DNA from: Myxococcota bacterium
Lineage (GTDB): Bacteria > Myxococcota_A > Polyangia > Polyangiales > Polyangiaceae
Reading direction: 5' to 3'
Assembly (NCBI GenBank): GCA_963169165.1
Contig: CAUJFL010000093.1
Coordinates: forward strand, 1,849 to 65,848
DNA length: 64,000 bases
Positions within the stretch are counted from its first letter, which is position 1. Each line of letters begins with the position of its first letter. A program made the translations under genes and the position numbers. The notes below the pieces were generated by a model, which saw nothing but the letters and a program-made list of their open reading frames with translations, searched no databases and was not told the DNA's origin. Positions 11,433-22,480 of this stretch are shown here, piece by piece.

Positions 11433-12404
11433 TCACATCGCGCGCACGGCGCGGCGGTACGCCACCTTGGCGAGCGCGTCGGCGACGACCGCGTCGCGCG
11501 CCTTCGCGTCGCCCTCGTGATCGGGCGACAGCACGAGCCTGTGCGCGAACACCGACGGCGCCATCGCCTGAAAGTCGTCTGGTGTCGCGTAGGTGCGCCC
11601 CTGCACGACGGCCATCGCCTTGGCGGCCTGCACGAGCGCGAGCGTGCCGCGCGGTGACACCCCGAGCGAGACGTGCGCGTGGCCGCGGGTGTGCGACGCG
11701 AGCTGCGCGGCATACTCGTAGAGGTCGTCCTCGACGTGCAGCCGAGACGCGATGCTCTGCAGCGCGTGTACGTCCTGCGGCGACAGCACCGCGCGCACCT
11801 CGGGCGCGGCCTCGGCGTGCGTCTTCAGCATCAGCACCTCTTCCTTGGCCGTCGGGTATCCCACCATGATCCGCACGAGGAAGCGGTCGATCTGGGCCTC
11901 GGGCAGCGCGTACGTGCCCTCGAGATCGATCGGGTTCTGCGTCGCGAGCACGAGGAACGGCGCCGGCAGATCGAACCGGTCTCCGTCGATGGTCACCTGT
12001 CGCTCTTGCATCGCCTCGAGCAGCGCCGACTGCGTCTTCGCGGGCGCGCGGTTGATCTCGTCGGCGAGCACGACGTTGGCGAAGATCGGGCCGCCGCGCA
12101 GCTGAAATGTGCCCTCGCGCGGCGACAGCACGTACGAGCCGGTGATGTCGGCCGGCAGCAGATCGGGCGTGAACTGGATGCGTCGCACCGAGCAGCCGAG
12201 CGCGGAGGCGAACGCCTTCACCAGCGTGGTCTTCGCGACGCCGGGGACGCCCTCGAGCAGCACGTGCCCCCGCGCGAGCAGCGACACGACCATCGCCTCG
12301 ATGATCTTGGGGCTGCCGATGTAGACGCGCGCGACCTCCGCGCGCAGGGCGTCGATGCGCTCGCGGGCGGCGCTGACCTCTGTCGGCTGGACGGCGTAGC
12401 TCAT
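11433..12404 (-). CDS. MoxR-family AAA+ ATPase
   Basis: 323 aa. Walker A is 'GVPGVAKT' and Walker B is 'VLADEINRA'. 'LVLATQNPIDLEG' is also present. Confidence 0.93.
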   Translation of the reverse strand: MSYAVQPTEVSAARERIDALRAEVARVYIGSPKIIEAMVVSLLARGHVLLEGVPGVAKTTLVKAFASALGCSVRRIQFTPDLLPADITGSYVLSPREGTFQLRGGPIFANVVLADEINRAPAKTQSALLEAMQERQVTIDGDRFDLPAPFLVLATQNPIDLEGTYALPEAQIDRFLVRIMVGYPTAKEEVLMLKTHAEAAPEVRAVLSPQDVHALQSIASRLHVEDDLYEYAAQLASHTRGHAHVSLGVSPRGTLALVQAAKAMAVVQGRTYATPDDFQAMAPSVFAHRLVLSPDHEGDAKARDAVVADALAKVAYRRAVRAM

Positions 12405-13753
12405 GCGGGCGGTCTCTCTACACCAAGCGCGGCGGAGAGCTCGCGCGTGAGGCGGCTCGCGCGGTCGAGATCGGCCTGCGACACCCGCACCGGCGCGCCG
12501 GCTGCCACCGCGGTCTCGACCCGCGCGACCAGCGCGAGGAGACGTCGGAGCTCGTCGAGCGCGCGCGGCTCGATGGCGGGCTCCCGCGCCAGCGCGTCGA
12601 GGAGGTCCTTGCCGCTCGGACGCGCGGACATCCCCAACCGCAAGGCGACGTGCTCCTCGAGGGCGTCACGCTGCTCCAGCAGGACGAGCGCGCGGTGCGT
12701 GGTCGGCGCGGAGAGCACCGCGAGCCTCCCGGCCGCGCCTCCCTGAGCGAGCAGCGGGACACCTGCGGCGTAGCGGGGCAGCGGGTGCTCGTAGCCGCGG
12801 GCGCTCGATGACAGCACCCAGAGCAACAGCGCGGTGCCGGACAGCACGGCGAGCGCGAGCGCGACGTGCTTCGGCAGTCCGTCGCCCGAGACCTTCTGGA
12901 CCTCTTGCCGCAGCGAGCGCGCCCACTCCTTCAGCTCGCGCTCGGCGCCGTTCGACGCCCCGAAGACGCCGACCTCCTTGAAGCGGTTCGTCAGCACGAA
13001 CAGCCGGCCCCCGCGCGCGCCCCAGGCAGGGTCGTCCTCGACCAGGTAACGAATCAGCCCGATGGCGAACGCCTTGTTGCCCGGGTAGCGGAGCATCAGG
13101 TTGATCACCGCGGACGGATCTCCCATCGCGAACAGCCGCCCCTTGCCTACCTGCCCGGCGACCGCGAGCGCGACGTCGGGCTCGCCGCTCGCGCGGATAC
13201 GCAGGACGGTGGTGAGATCGGGGTGGGTGAGCCCGGTCGGGTGGTTGGTGACGATCCGGGTGACGTCGGCGACGACGGGGTGCACGCCGCCGCGTCGACC
13301 GGCGGCCATCTCGGTGACCGGCTCGGCGAGGGCGAGGTTCGGGTTGCCGCGCAGCGCGTACAGCGGGGCGCGCGGCGCGGGCACGCGCTTTATGTGATAC
13401 GGAGCGCCGCCGAGCAGCCGGTCGCTCGCGCCGAAGTCGTCGAGCACCGCGACCCTGCCGCCCGCCCGCAGAAACGCGCTGATCTCGTCGGCGTCGGGGG
13501 CGAGCTCGGGGCGGAGGATCAGCAGCGCGTCGGCCGGTGAGAGCGCGTGCCAGTCGAGCCGATTGGTCGCGTCGACGCGCGCGTCTCCGAGCTCGGCGCG
13601 CGCTAGGTCGACCAGCACCTTCGTGCCCTCCCATCCTGCCTCGTGAGCGTCGAAGGCCTGCGCGAGCGCCGCGCGCGGCGCCCCGACCAGCCACGCCATG
13701 ATCAGGGTCGCGAGCCACCACCTCACGCGCGCGAAGGCCCGCGGTCGCATCAT
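12401..13753 (-). CDS. secreted protein upstream of MoxR (DUF4350-like, tentative)
   Basis: 450-aa ORF with a signal peptide (WWLATLIMAWLVGAPRAALAQA) and one late TM helix. It overlaps the MoxR start by 4 nt. The family assignment comes from memory of MoxR operon architecture and is weak. Confidence 0.6.
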   Translation of the reverse strand: MMRPRAFARVRWWLATLIMAWLVGAPRAALAQAFDAHEAGWEGTKVLVDLARAELGDARVDATNRLDWHALSPADALLILRPELAPDADEISAFLRAGGRVAVLDDFGASDRLLGGAPYHIKRVPAPRAPLYALRGNPNLALAEPVTEMAAGRRGGVHPVVADVTRIVTNHPTGLTHPDLTTVLRIRASGEPDVALAVAGQVGKGRLFAMGDPSAVINLMLRYPGNKAFAIGLIRYLVEDDPAWGARGGRLFVLTNRFKEVGVFGASNGAERELKEWARSLRQEVQKVSGDGLPKHVALALAVLSGTALLLWVLSSSARGYEHPLPRYAAGVPLLAQGGAAGRLAVLSAPTTHRALVLLEQRDALEEHVALRLGMSARPSGKDLLDALAREPAIEPRALDELRRLLALVARVETAVAAGAPVRVSQADLDRASRLTRELSAALGVERPPA

Positions 13754-13928
13754 CGGACGCAGCGCACGTCGTCGTGAGCGACGTCCACGTCACCGCGCCA
13801 CGGGCGCTGGCCCTCGCACGTTCCAGCGAGGCGCGGTCCGCCTGCATCCTCCGAAGCGCGGGCCAGCTGATTCCTCTCCTCCAGAGCGCGTGCACGCCCG
13901 CCCGCGCGCCAGCCGAGATGTGTGGCGG

Positions 13929-15803
13929 TCACGGAGAGCCAGAGGTCAGGGGGTTGGGCGGCGGGACGAAGCACGTCACCTTTTCGAGGACGCCGTCGGT
14001 GCAGGCGGTCGGCGCAGGCGCGCCGAGCAGGCGGTGCGCGAGGTAGTCGCGGACCCACGGGGTCTGGGACGAGAGGATCGTCTGGTGCGTGCCCTCGGGA
14101 TCGCCGCAGACCGTCACGTCTCCGCCGAGCGCCTTCAGGCGGTCGACGCCGCAGCGTGCGCGGTTCGGCTGGATGGTGATGTCCTTCGCGCCCTGCCACC
14201 ACACGATCGGGATCGAGGGGTCGGGATCGGGGCGATCCGCCGCCCAGCGCGCGTGCCACTTCGCGGCGAGCGGCGACGCGCAGCTCGCCGGCGCGTCGCT
14301 CAAGCCGCAGTTGCCGACGTCGGTCTGATACTCGGTCGTGAAGAGATCGCCGCCCTTCTTCACGCCGAAGCTGCTCGGTCCCGTCGCGGGCGCGAGCATC
14401 TCCAGCCAGCAGCTGTTGTCGAGGAAGGTCTTCGCGGCGTTCCAGCGGTCCATCCCTGTCGGTGCGCCGCCGCCCGCGCCGCCCGCGGTCTTGGAGAAGG
14501 CGTCCATCGCCGCCGCCTCGCCCTCGTACGCGGCGAGGTGTCCGTAGGTGTACATCATCCCGAACGACATGGTCCCGTCGGTCGCGAACACGCCGCCTAT
14601 CGCCGTCAGCAGCGCCCCCCACGCGCCGTTGTTGAGCCAGTACCCGGCGTAGACGAGCACCCCGTCGATGGTGCCCCCGGCGCCGTAGCTCGACGCGTAC
14701 GACTGCGCCGCGAGCGCCGCGTGCGCGCCGTTCGAGTGGCCGACCAGGAGGTTCTTCGACGAGAAATAGGAGCCCGAGATCTTGCGAGCGAGCCGCGTGC
14801 CGTCGAGCATCGCGTGCCCCTCGTCGGTCGCGAGCATCCACGAGGTGATCCCGGGCGTCCCGAGCCCAGGAAAATCGGGCACGATCGCGGGCCAGCCGTG
14901 CCCCACCAGCGAGTACGTCTCCGAGCGCCAGTCCTGCTGGTAGCCGCCGGGGTCCTCCTTCGACGGCGCGCACTTGTCGGCGAGTCCGACCGTGCCGTGG
15001 CCGATGACGAGCAGCGGCGGCGACGCGGCGACGTTCAGCTCGGGCAGATACAGCGAGCCCGACGTGAGCACCGGAGTGCCCGGATCGCGCTCCGTCCAGT
15101 AGACGACGCGGATCTTGTGCGCCCCGACCTGCACGTTGGGGTTGGGCAGCATGTTGTCGACGAAGTGTGAGTTGATCTCTTCCTTGGTGACGAGCCTGTC
15201 GTAGGCGCATCGCACGAGATCGCCGCGGTTCGACGCGGCCCAGGGCGACGGCGGCGTGGCCGCGTCATAAAAAGCGGCGTCGACCGTGTCCGCGCACTTC
15301 ACGGTCAGGTGGGCGAGCGCCGTCGCCTTGTTCTCGGGCGTGCCCGTCAACACGAGGCCGCCCGCGCCAGCCGCGCCTCCGCCGCTCGTTCCTGCGGCGC
15401 CCGCTCCTCCCACGCCGGCGGTTCCTCCGCCGCTCGCGCCCGCGCCTCCTCCGCTCGCACCCCCCGCGCCCGCCGTGCCCCCCGCGCCTGCCGCACCGCT
15501 CGCGCCCGCCGTGCCGCTCGCTCCCGCAGCGCCGCTCGCTCCTGCCGTGCCGCTCGCGCCCGCCGTGCCGCCCGCGCCCGCCGTGGCGCCGCCGCTCGCG
15601 CCCGCCGCGCCCGCGCCGGTCGTCCCGGCGGCGGCCTTGCCCCCCGCGCCCGCCGCGCCGCCCTTCGGGGCGATGTAGACGCCGCCGCCCTCACCGCTCG
15701 GGAGCGGATCGTCGTCGGTGGTGCACGCGGCGTGGGCCAAGGCCAGCATCGGGAGGGTCACGACGAGGAGACGCAGCGAGCGCATGGCCGACGATGTTCT
15801 CAT
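13929..15803 (-). CDS. secreted alpha/beta-hydrolase lipoprotein (lipase/esterase-like) with G/A/S/T linker
   Basis: The signal is 'LPMLALAHAAC'. A low-complexity linker of about 110 aa is encoded at about 15361-15665. The nucleophile elbow is 'LLVGHSNGAHAAL' (GxSxG). Confidence 0.75.
   Translation of the reverse strand: MRTSSAMRSLRLLVVTLPMLALAHAACTTDDDPLPSGEGGGVYIAPKGGAAGAGGKAAAGTTGAGAAGASGGATAGAGGTAGASGTAGASGAAGASGTAGASGAAGAGGTAGAGGASGGGAGASGGGTAGVGGAGAAGTSGGGAAGAGGLVLTGTPENKATALAHLTVKCADTVDAAFYDAATPPSPWAASNRGDLVRCAYDRLVTKEEINSHFVDNMLPNPNVQVGAHKIRVVYWTERDPGTPVLTSGSLYLPELNVAASPPLLVIGHGTVGLADKCAPSKEDPGGYQQDWRSETYSLVGHGWPAIVPDFPGLGTPGITSWMLATDEGHAMLDGTRLARKISGSYFSSKNLLVGHSNGAHAALAAQSYASSYGAGGTIDGVLVYAGYWLNNGAWGALLTAIGGVFATDGTMSFGMMYTYGHLAAYEGEAAAMDAFSKTAGGAGGGAPTGMDRWNAAKTFLDNSCWLEMLAPATGPSSFGVKKGGDLFTTEYQTDVGNCGLSDAPASCASPLAAKWHARWAADRPDPDPSIPIVWWQGAKDITIQPNRARCGVDRLKALGGDVTVCGDPEGTHQTILSSQTPWVRDYLAHRLLGAPAPTACTDGVLEKVTCFVPPPNPLTSGSP
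15361..15665 (-). repeat. in-frame low-complexity coding repeat (GTAGASGAAGAS-type linker)
   Basis: Degenerate 18-nt periodic units (gcgcccgccgtgccgctc / gctcccgcagcgccgctc ...) are visible in the sequence. They lie inside the lipase-like CDS. Confidence 0.6.
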
Positions 15804-15877
15804 GAGGCCCGGCCGCGTGCCACCGCCGCGGTCGAGAGCCCCTCGCCAGCGGCCGCGCGCGGTGCCAAAGCGAGGCG

Positions 15878-16501
15878 GTGCCCGCGCGTTCGCTCTTCGA
15901 GCCAGACGAGGTCGAGCTCGGCCCCGGCGCCTGGTGGCTGCGTGGGTTCGCGCGAGAGCAGGCAGCGGCCCTCACGGCGGAGCTCGAGCGGGTCGTCGGC
16001 GCCGCGCCGTTTCGTCACATGATGACGCCGGGCGGCCAGGTGATGAGCGCGGCGACGACGAGCTGCGGCGCGCTCGGGTGGGTCTCCGATCGCGCGGGCT
16101 ACCGCTACTCACCCGTCGATCCCTGCTCGGGGCGAGCGTGGCCCGCGATGCCCGACGTGTTCGCGGCGCTCGCGTCGCGCGCCGCCGAGCGCGCGGGGCA
16201 CACGGGCTTCGTGCCCGACTCGTGCCTCGTGAACCGCTACGTCGCGGGCGCCAGGATGGGCCTGCACCAGGACCGCGACGAGCGCGACCTGTCCGCGCCG
16301 ATCGTGTCGGTGTCGCTCGGGGCGACCGCGCGGTTCTTGTTCGGCTCGACGAGGCGTGCGTCGGCCGCGCGCGCGCTCGAGCTGTCGCACGGCGACGTCG
16401 TCGTGTGGGGCGGGCCCACGCGCCTCCACTTTCACGGCGTGACGCGGGTCGACGGCGACGCCCCCGAGCGCATCAACCTCACGCTGAGACGCGCGGGCTG
16501 A
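15878..16501 (+). CDS. alkB: alpha-ketoglutarate/Fe(II)-dependent dioxygenase AlkB
   Basis: 207 aa. 'VNRYVAGARMGLHQDRDE' (HxD) and 'RLHFHGV' are present. The overall layout is AlkB-like. Confidence 0.9.
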   Translation: MPARSLFEPDEVELGPGAWWLRGFAREQAAALTAELERVVGAAPFRHMMTPGGQVMSAATTSCGALGWVSDRAGYRYSPVDPCSGRAWPAMPDVFAALASRAAERAGHTGFVPDSCLVNRYVAGARMGLHQDRDERDLSAPIVSVSLGATARFLFGSTRRASAARALELSHGDVVVWGGPTRLHFHGVTRVDGDAPERINLTLRRAG

Positions 16502-16514
16502 GCCGAGGCTGGAT

Positions 16515-18706
<2,192 letters not shown>

Positions 18707-18765
18707 GGGTGAGGCCACGTTACGTGATTTCGGGTCTGGGGTGGTCACGGCGATGACGCCCGCTC

Positions 18766-20604
18766 TCACACGACGCGCAGCCTGTGCTTGTCTCCAAGAT
18801 CGCGTCGGCTGCCCTCCTGGCCTGGCAGCCTGAGGTAGTCTCCCTCTGGCTGGGGGCCGAGGTCCGCGTCGCTCCAGACAGCGAAATCCTCCGCGAGCGG
18901 GCCGGGCAGGGTGGGCTGCGCCGTGCGCTCGAGCAGCTGAAAATCATGGCGCACCGACAGCTCGAGCGGCAGCCCGCGCTCGGGGCCCCGCGCCGCGAAC
19001 CACGCGCGCGCCGCGTTGACGTTCTGGATCAGCACCCAGTGCTGCGGATCGAGCCTCGCGGCCGTCATGAAGTGGCTCATCATCGCGTCCACGTCGCCGC
19101 GAGCCTTCGCGATGCAGCCGAGGTGATTGTGGACCAGGCCCGGCAGCGGGTGACCCAGCTCGAGCGCGCGCGTGACGTGGCGCTCGGCCAGCTCGAGCTC
19201 GCCCTCGCGGTAGCAGGCGGCGCCGAGATCGAGGTGCGCGCCGTCGTGGTCGCCCAGGCGCTCGAGGATCGCGCGGCACTCGGGGACGCCGTCGACGTGC
19301 ATCGTCTGCAGCCCGACGTGCTCGCGGAACCACGCGTTCATCAGCGCGGTGTCCTCGGGCGACGCGTCGAACGGCGTCTTCAGCTCCTGGAACCGCTCGC
19401 GGAAATACGCCTCGGGATCGAGCCAACCCGCGGCGACCGCGTCGCGAAAATCGATCGTGCCGGGGTACACGGACAGGCAAGAGAAGAGGTACTCGTGCGG
19501 TCGCGCGCGCTCGAGGAACTGGAGCGTCTCGGCGAACGTCTCCCTCGTCTCGCCGCGGTTGCCGAGCATCATGTAGTAGCGGACCTTGATGCCGGCCTCC
19601 TTCGCGAGGCGCGTCGAGGTGAGGATCTCGTCGACCGTGATCTTCTTGTCGATGAGATCGAGGATCCGCTGTGAGCCCGACTCGACGCCGAGGGACAGCC
19701 GCTGGCACCCTGCGAGGCGCATCGTCTTCAGCAGCGGCGCGGTGAGGAGATCGACGCGCGTGTCGCAGCTCCACACGAACTTGAGCTTCCGGTCGAGGAT
19801 CCCCTCGCAGAGCTGCGTCACCCTCTTCTTGTTCGTGGTGAAGGTGTCGTCCTTCACTTGCAACATCTTGACTGGCAAGCGCGACAGCGCCGCCTCGATG
19901 GCGTCGAGCACGTAGTCGACCGACTGCGACCGAAACCCGCGCCCCCAGCTCGTCTCGGCGCCGCAGAAGGTGCAGGCCCACGGGCAGCCGCGCGCGGTCA
20001 TCAGGATGTGGGTGGGGAAGGTGTGGTGCGGGCACGCGAGCTCGTCGAGCCGCTCTATCGCCGCGCGCTCGGGGCCGCGCGTCGGTTCACCCCGCGCGCC
20101 GCGCCACACGACGCCCGGCGTACCGGCCGCGCCCTCGCCCCGCTCGAGCCTGGCCGCCAGCTCGACGAAGGTGACGTCGCTCTCGCCGACGCAGATCGAG
20201 TCGATCGACGCGTGGTGCCGGAGCATCGCCTCGGCGAGCGGCGTCGCGTGCGGGCCGCCCACGGTCACGTGCGCGCCCGGCCGCAGCTGCTTCAGCCGCG
20301 CCGCGACCAGGGCGACGCCCCGGCGGTTCGCGGTCCAGCACGAGAGGCCGTAGAGGTCGGCGTCGAGCGCGCGCAGCACCTCGTCGACCCTCGACCACGC
20401 GAACGCCGAGAGGTTGAGCACCTTGACCTGGTGCCCCGCTCGCCGCGCCTGCGCGCCCAGCGAGAAGAGCCCGTACGGCGTCTGATAGAAATCGGCGTCG
20501 AGATCGCCGCGCTGATACCCCGGAGGCGGGCCGTCGTGGGGATCGGGCGGCGCCCCCTCGTCTGGCAGCTTCCACGGCGGAGAGTAGAGGAGCGCGATCC
20601 GCAT
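18766..20604 (-). CDS. B12-binding-domain radical SAM protein with C-terminal TPR region
   Basis: 612 aa. The N-terminal Rossmann-like B12-binding region contains 'HQVKVLNLSAF...LYGLSCW'. The radical SAM cluster motif is 'CPWACTFC' (CxxxCxxC). The C-terminus has TPR-like helices (AACYREGELELAERHVTRALEL...). Confidence 0.9.
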   Translation of the reverse strand: MRIALLYSPPWKLPDEGAPPDPHDGPPPGYQRGDLDADFYQTPYGLFSLGAQARRAGHQVKVLNLSAFAWSRVDEVLRALDADLYGLSCWTANRRGVALVAARLKQLRPGAHVTVGGPHATPLAEAMLRHHASIDSICVGESDVTFVELAARLERGEGAAGTPGVVWRGARGEPTRGPERAAIERLDELACPHHTFPTHILMTARGCPWACTFCGAETSWGRGFRSQSVDYVLDAIEAALSRLPVKMLQVKDDTFTTNKKRVTQLCEGILDRKLKFVWSCDTRVDLLTAPLLKTMRLAGCQRLSLGVESGSQRILDLIDKKITVDEILTSTRLAKEAGIKVRYYMMLGNRGETRETFAETLQFLERARPHEYLFSCLSVYPGTIDFRDAVAAGWLDPEAYFRERFQELKTPFDASPEDTALMNAWFREHVGLQTMHVDGVPECRAILERLGDHDGAHLDLGAACYREGELELAERHVTRALELGHPLPGLVHNHLGCIAKARGDVDAMMSHFMTAARLDPQHWVLIQNVNAARAWFAARGPERGLPLELSVRHDFQLLERTAQPTLPGPLAEDFAVWSDADLGPQPEGDYLRLPGQEGSRRDLGDKHRLRVV

Positions 20605-20662
20605 CGCGGGGGAGCGTCGCGCGTCGCGGCGGCCTTGACCAGCGCGATGTCGGGCCGCGAGC

Positions 20663-20691
20663 TTGCGCGAATGGGCGATCGCGTTTATGAG
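20663..20691 (+). promoter_or_regulatory. candidate sigma70-type promoter for rpoZ
   Basis: TTGCGC (20663-20668), a 17-nt spacer, then TATGAG (20686-20691). A GGAGAGG Shine-Dalgarno sits 5 nt before ATG 20721. This is pattern match only. Confidence 0.35.
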
Positions 20692-20720
20692 CGTCGCCCC
20701 CTTTTCTGGAGAGGACCGAG

Positions 20721-20960
20721 ATGGCCCGCGTCACCGTCGAAGATTGCCTGGAGCGTGAAGAGAACCGATTCGCGCTGGTCGTGCTCGCAGCGCAGCGCAC
20801 CCGTCAGATCATGAAGGGCGCCGCGACGCTCGTCCCGGGCAAGAACAAGGCCGCCGTGATGGCCCTCCGCGAGATCGCGAACGGCAAGGTCCACTGGAAC
20901 AAGGACTCGCAGGAGATAGTCGACGACTGGATCCGCGAGACGCACCCCGCCGAGCGCTGA
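20721..20960 (+). CDS. rpoZ: DNA-directed RNA polymerase subunit omega
   Basis: 79 aa. '[30 protein letters not shown]' is the canonical RpoZ N-terminus. Confidence 0.93.
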   Translation: MARVTVEDCLEREENRFALVVLAAQRTRQIMKGAATLVPGKNKAAVMALREIANGKVHWNKDSQEIVDDWIRETHPAER

Positions 20961-20981
20961 TCTGCCGCGGGTCACCGCGCG

Positions 20982-21824
20982 ATGCCCCCGAGCTCGAGAG
21001 CGCCGCGTGCGCGCGTCGATAGGGCGCTGATCGTCGGCGCGCGCGCGCACTTCGACGACCCGGCGTACTACGCGAAGACGTACGCCGAGCGCCGCGAGGA
21101 CATCCGCTACTACGAGGCGATCGTCGCACCTGGCGCGCGCGTGCTCGAGTACGGCGTCGGCGCGGGCCGCATCGCGATCCCGCTGGCGCGGCGCGGCGCG
21201 CGCGTCGTCGGCGTCGACTGGTCGCGCCCGATGCTCGACGATCTCGCGCGCCGCCTCGCGCGCGAGCGGGGCGACGTGCGAGCGCGGGTGCGCGCCGTGC
21301 ACGGAGACATGCGCGAGGTGTCGCTGCGAGCGAGGTTCGACCTCGTGCTGGTGACGTTCAACACGTTCCTGCACCTCTACACGCGCGACGACGTCGAGCG
21401 CTTCCTGTCGCGCGCTCGGCGGCACCTCGCGCGGGAGGGCTCGCTCGTCATCGACGTCAGCGTCCCGCATCCGGGGGATCTCGCGCGCGATCCCGACCGG
21501 CTGTACCGCGCCCCGCGGCTGCGCCACCCGACCACCGGGCAGCTGGTCCGCTACGGAGAGCGCTTCGACTACGACGCCAGCCGACAGATCCTGTTCGTCA
21601 CGAGCGAGTTCGAGCCCGTCGACGGCGCGCCGCCGTTCGCGGTGCCGCTCGCGCATCGCCAGTATTTCCCCGAGGAGCTGTCCGCGCTGCTGCACTACAA
21701 CGGGTTCGAGGTGACGGGCGTCGAGGGCGGGTTCGAGGGAGAGGCGCTGACCCGCCACAGCGACGTGATGATCCTCACGGCGCGCGCTCAGGCCGCGCGG
21801 GCTCGTCGTCCGGCGAGCGTGTAG
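20982..21824 (+). CDS. class I SAM-dependent methyltransferase
   Basis: 280 aa. Motif I is 'VLEYGVGAGRIAIPLARRGARVVGVD'. A post-I acidic residue and motif II-like 'DLVLVTFN' are also present. Confidence 0.85.
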   Translation: MPPSSRAPRARVDRALIVGARAHFDDPAYYAKTYAERREDIRYYEAIVAPGARVLEYGVGAGRIAIPLARRGARVVGVDWSRPMLDDLARRLARERGDVRARVRAVHGDMREVSLRARFDLVLVTFNTFLHLYTRDDVERFLSRARRHLAREGSLVIDVSVPHPGDLARDPDRLYRAPRLRHPTTGQLVRYGERFDYDASRQILFVTSEFEPVDGAPPFAVPLAHRQYFPEELSALLHYNGFEVTGVEGGFEGEALTRHSDVMILTARAQAARARRPASV

Positions 21825-21835
21825 GCTGGCGCGCG

Positions 21836-22444
21836 ATGGACCGCATCCCCGGCGCCCACGTGCCGCAGGCCCCGCTCGCGAGTGTCCGCAAGGTCGTCGA
21901 CGCGCTCTCGGCGGGCGCGGTCACCACCGACGAGCTCGCGCGCGCGACCGAGATCGAGCACCGCCACGTCAGCTACGCGCTGCGCGCCGCCGAGACGCTC
22001 GGGCTCGTCGATCCGACCCCGAGCCTCACCGAGCTCGGGCGGGCGCTCGCGGACACCCACCCGCGCAGCGGGGCGGAGCGCCACGTCTTTCGCCTCGCGG
22101 CCGGGGCGAGCGGGCTGCTCTGCGCGATCATGCCCGACGTGCTCGACGAGCGCGCGCCGTCGCGCGCCGAGGTCGTGATGCGGCTGCTCACGCACACGAC
22201 GCTCGGGGCCGCGACCGCCGCGCGCCGCGCGACCGACCTGTTGTCGTGGCGGCGCTATCTGGTCGAGGGACCTCCCCCGCCCGCGCAGCTCGAGCTGAAG
22301 TTCGCGAGGGCCCGCGCGAAGCCCGCGATGACCGATGACGCCCGCTCGGCCACACCTCCCGAAGACGACGACGACCTGCTGATGGTCCCCGACGTCGAAC
22401 CCGAGAACAACCGCGCGCCGCGCGAGGACGACGTCCCCTTCTGA
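21836..22444 (+). CDS. hypothetical protein (possible winged-helix N-terminus, acidic tail)
   Basis: 202-aa ORF with high GC3 and no recognisable motif. It starts 12 nt after the methyltransferase stop. Confidence 0.55.
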   Translation: MDRIPGAHVPQAPLASVRKVVDALSAGAVTTDELARATEIEHRHVSYALRAAETLGLVDPTPSLTELGRALADTHPRSGAERHVFRLAAGASGLLCAIMPDVLDERAPSRAEVVMRLLTHTTLGAATAARRATDLLSWRRYLVEGPPPPAQLELKFARARAKPAMTDDARSATPPEDDDDLLMVPDVEPENNRAPREDDVPF

Positions 22445-22480
22445 TTCGCTTGACACCCGGCAGGGCCCGCTCCGAAGTTC

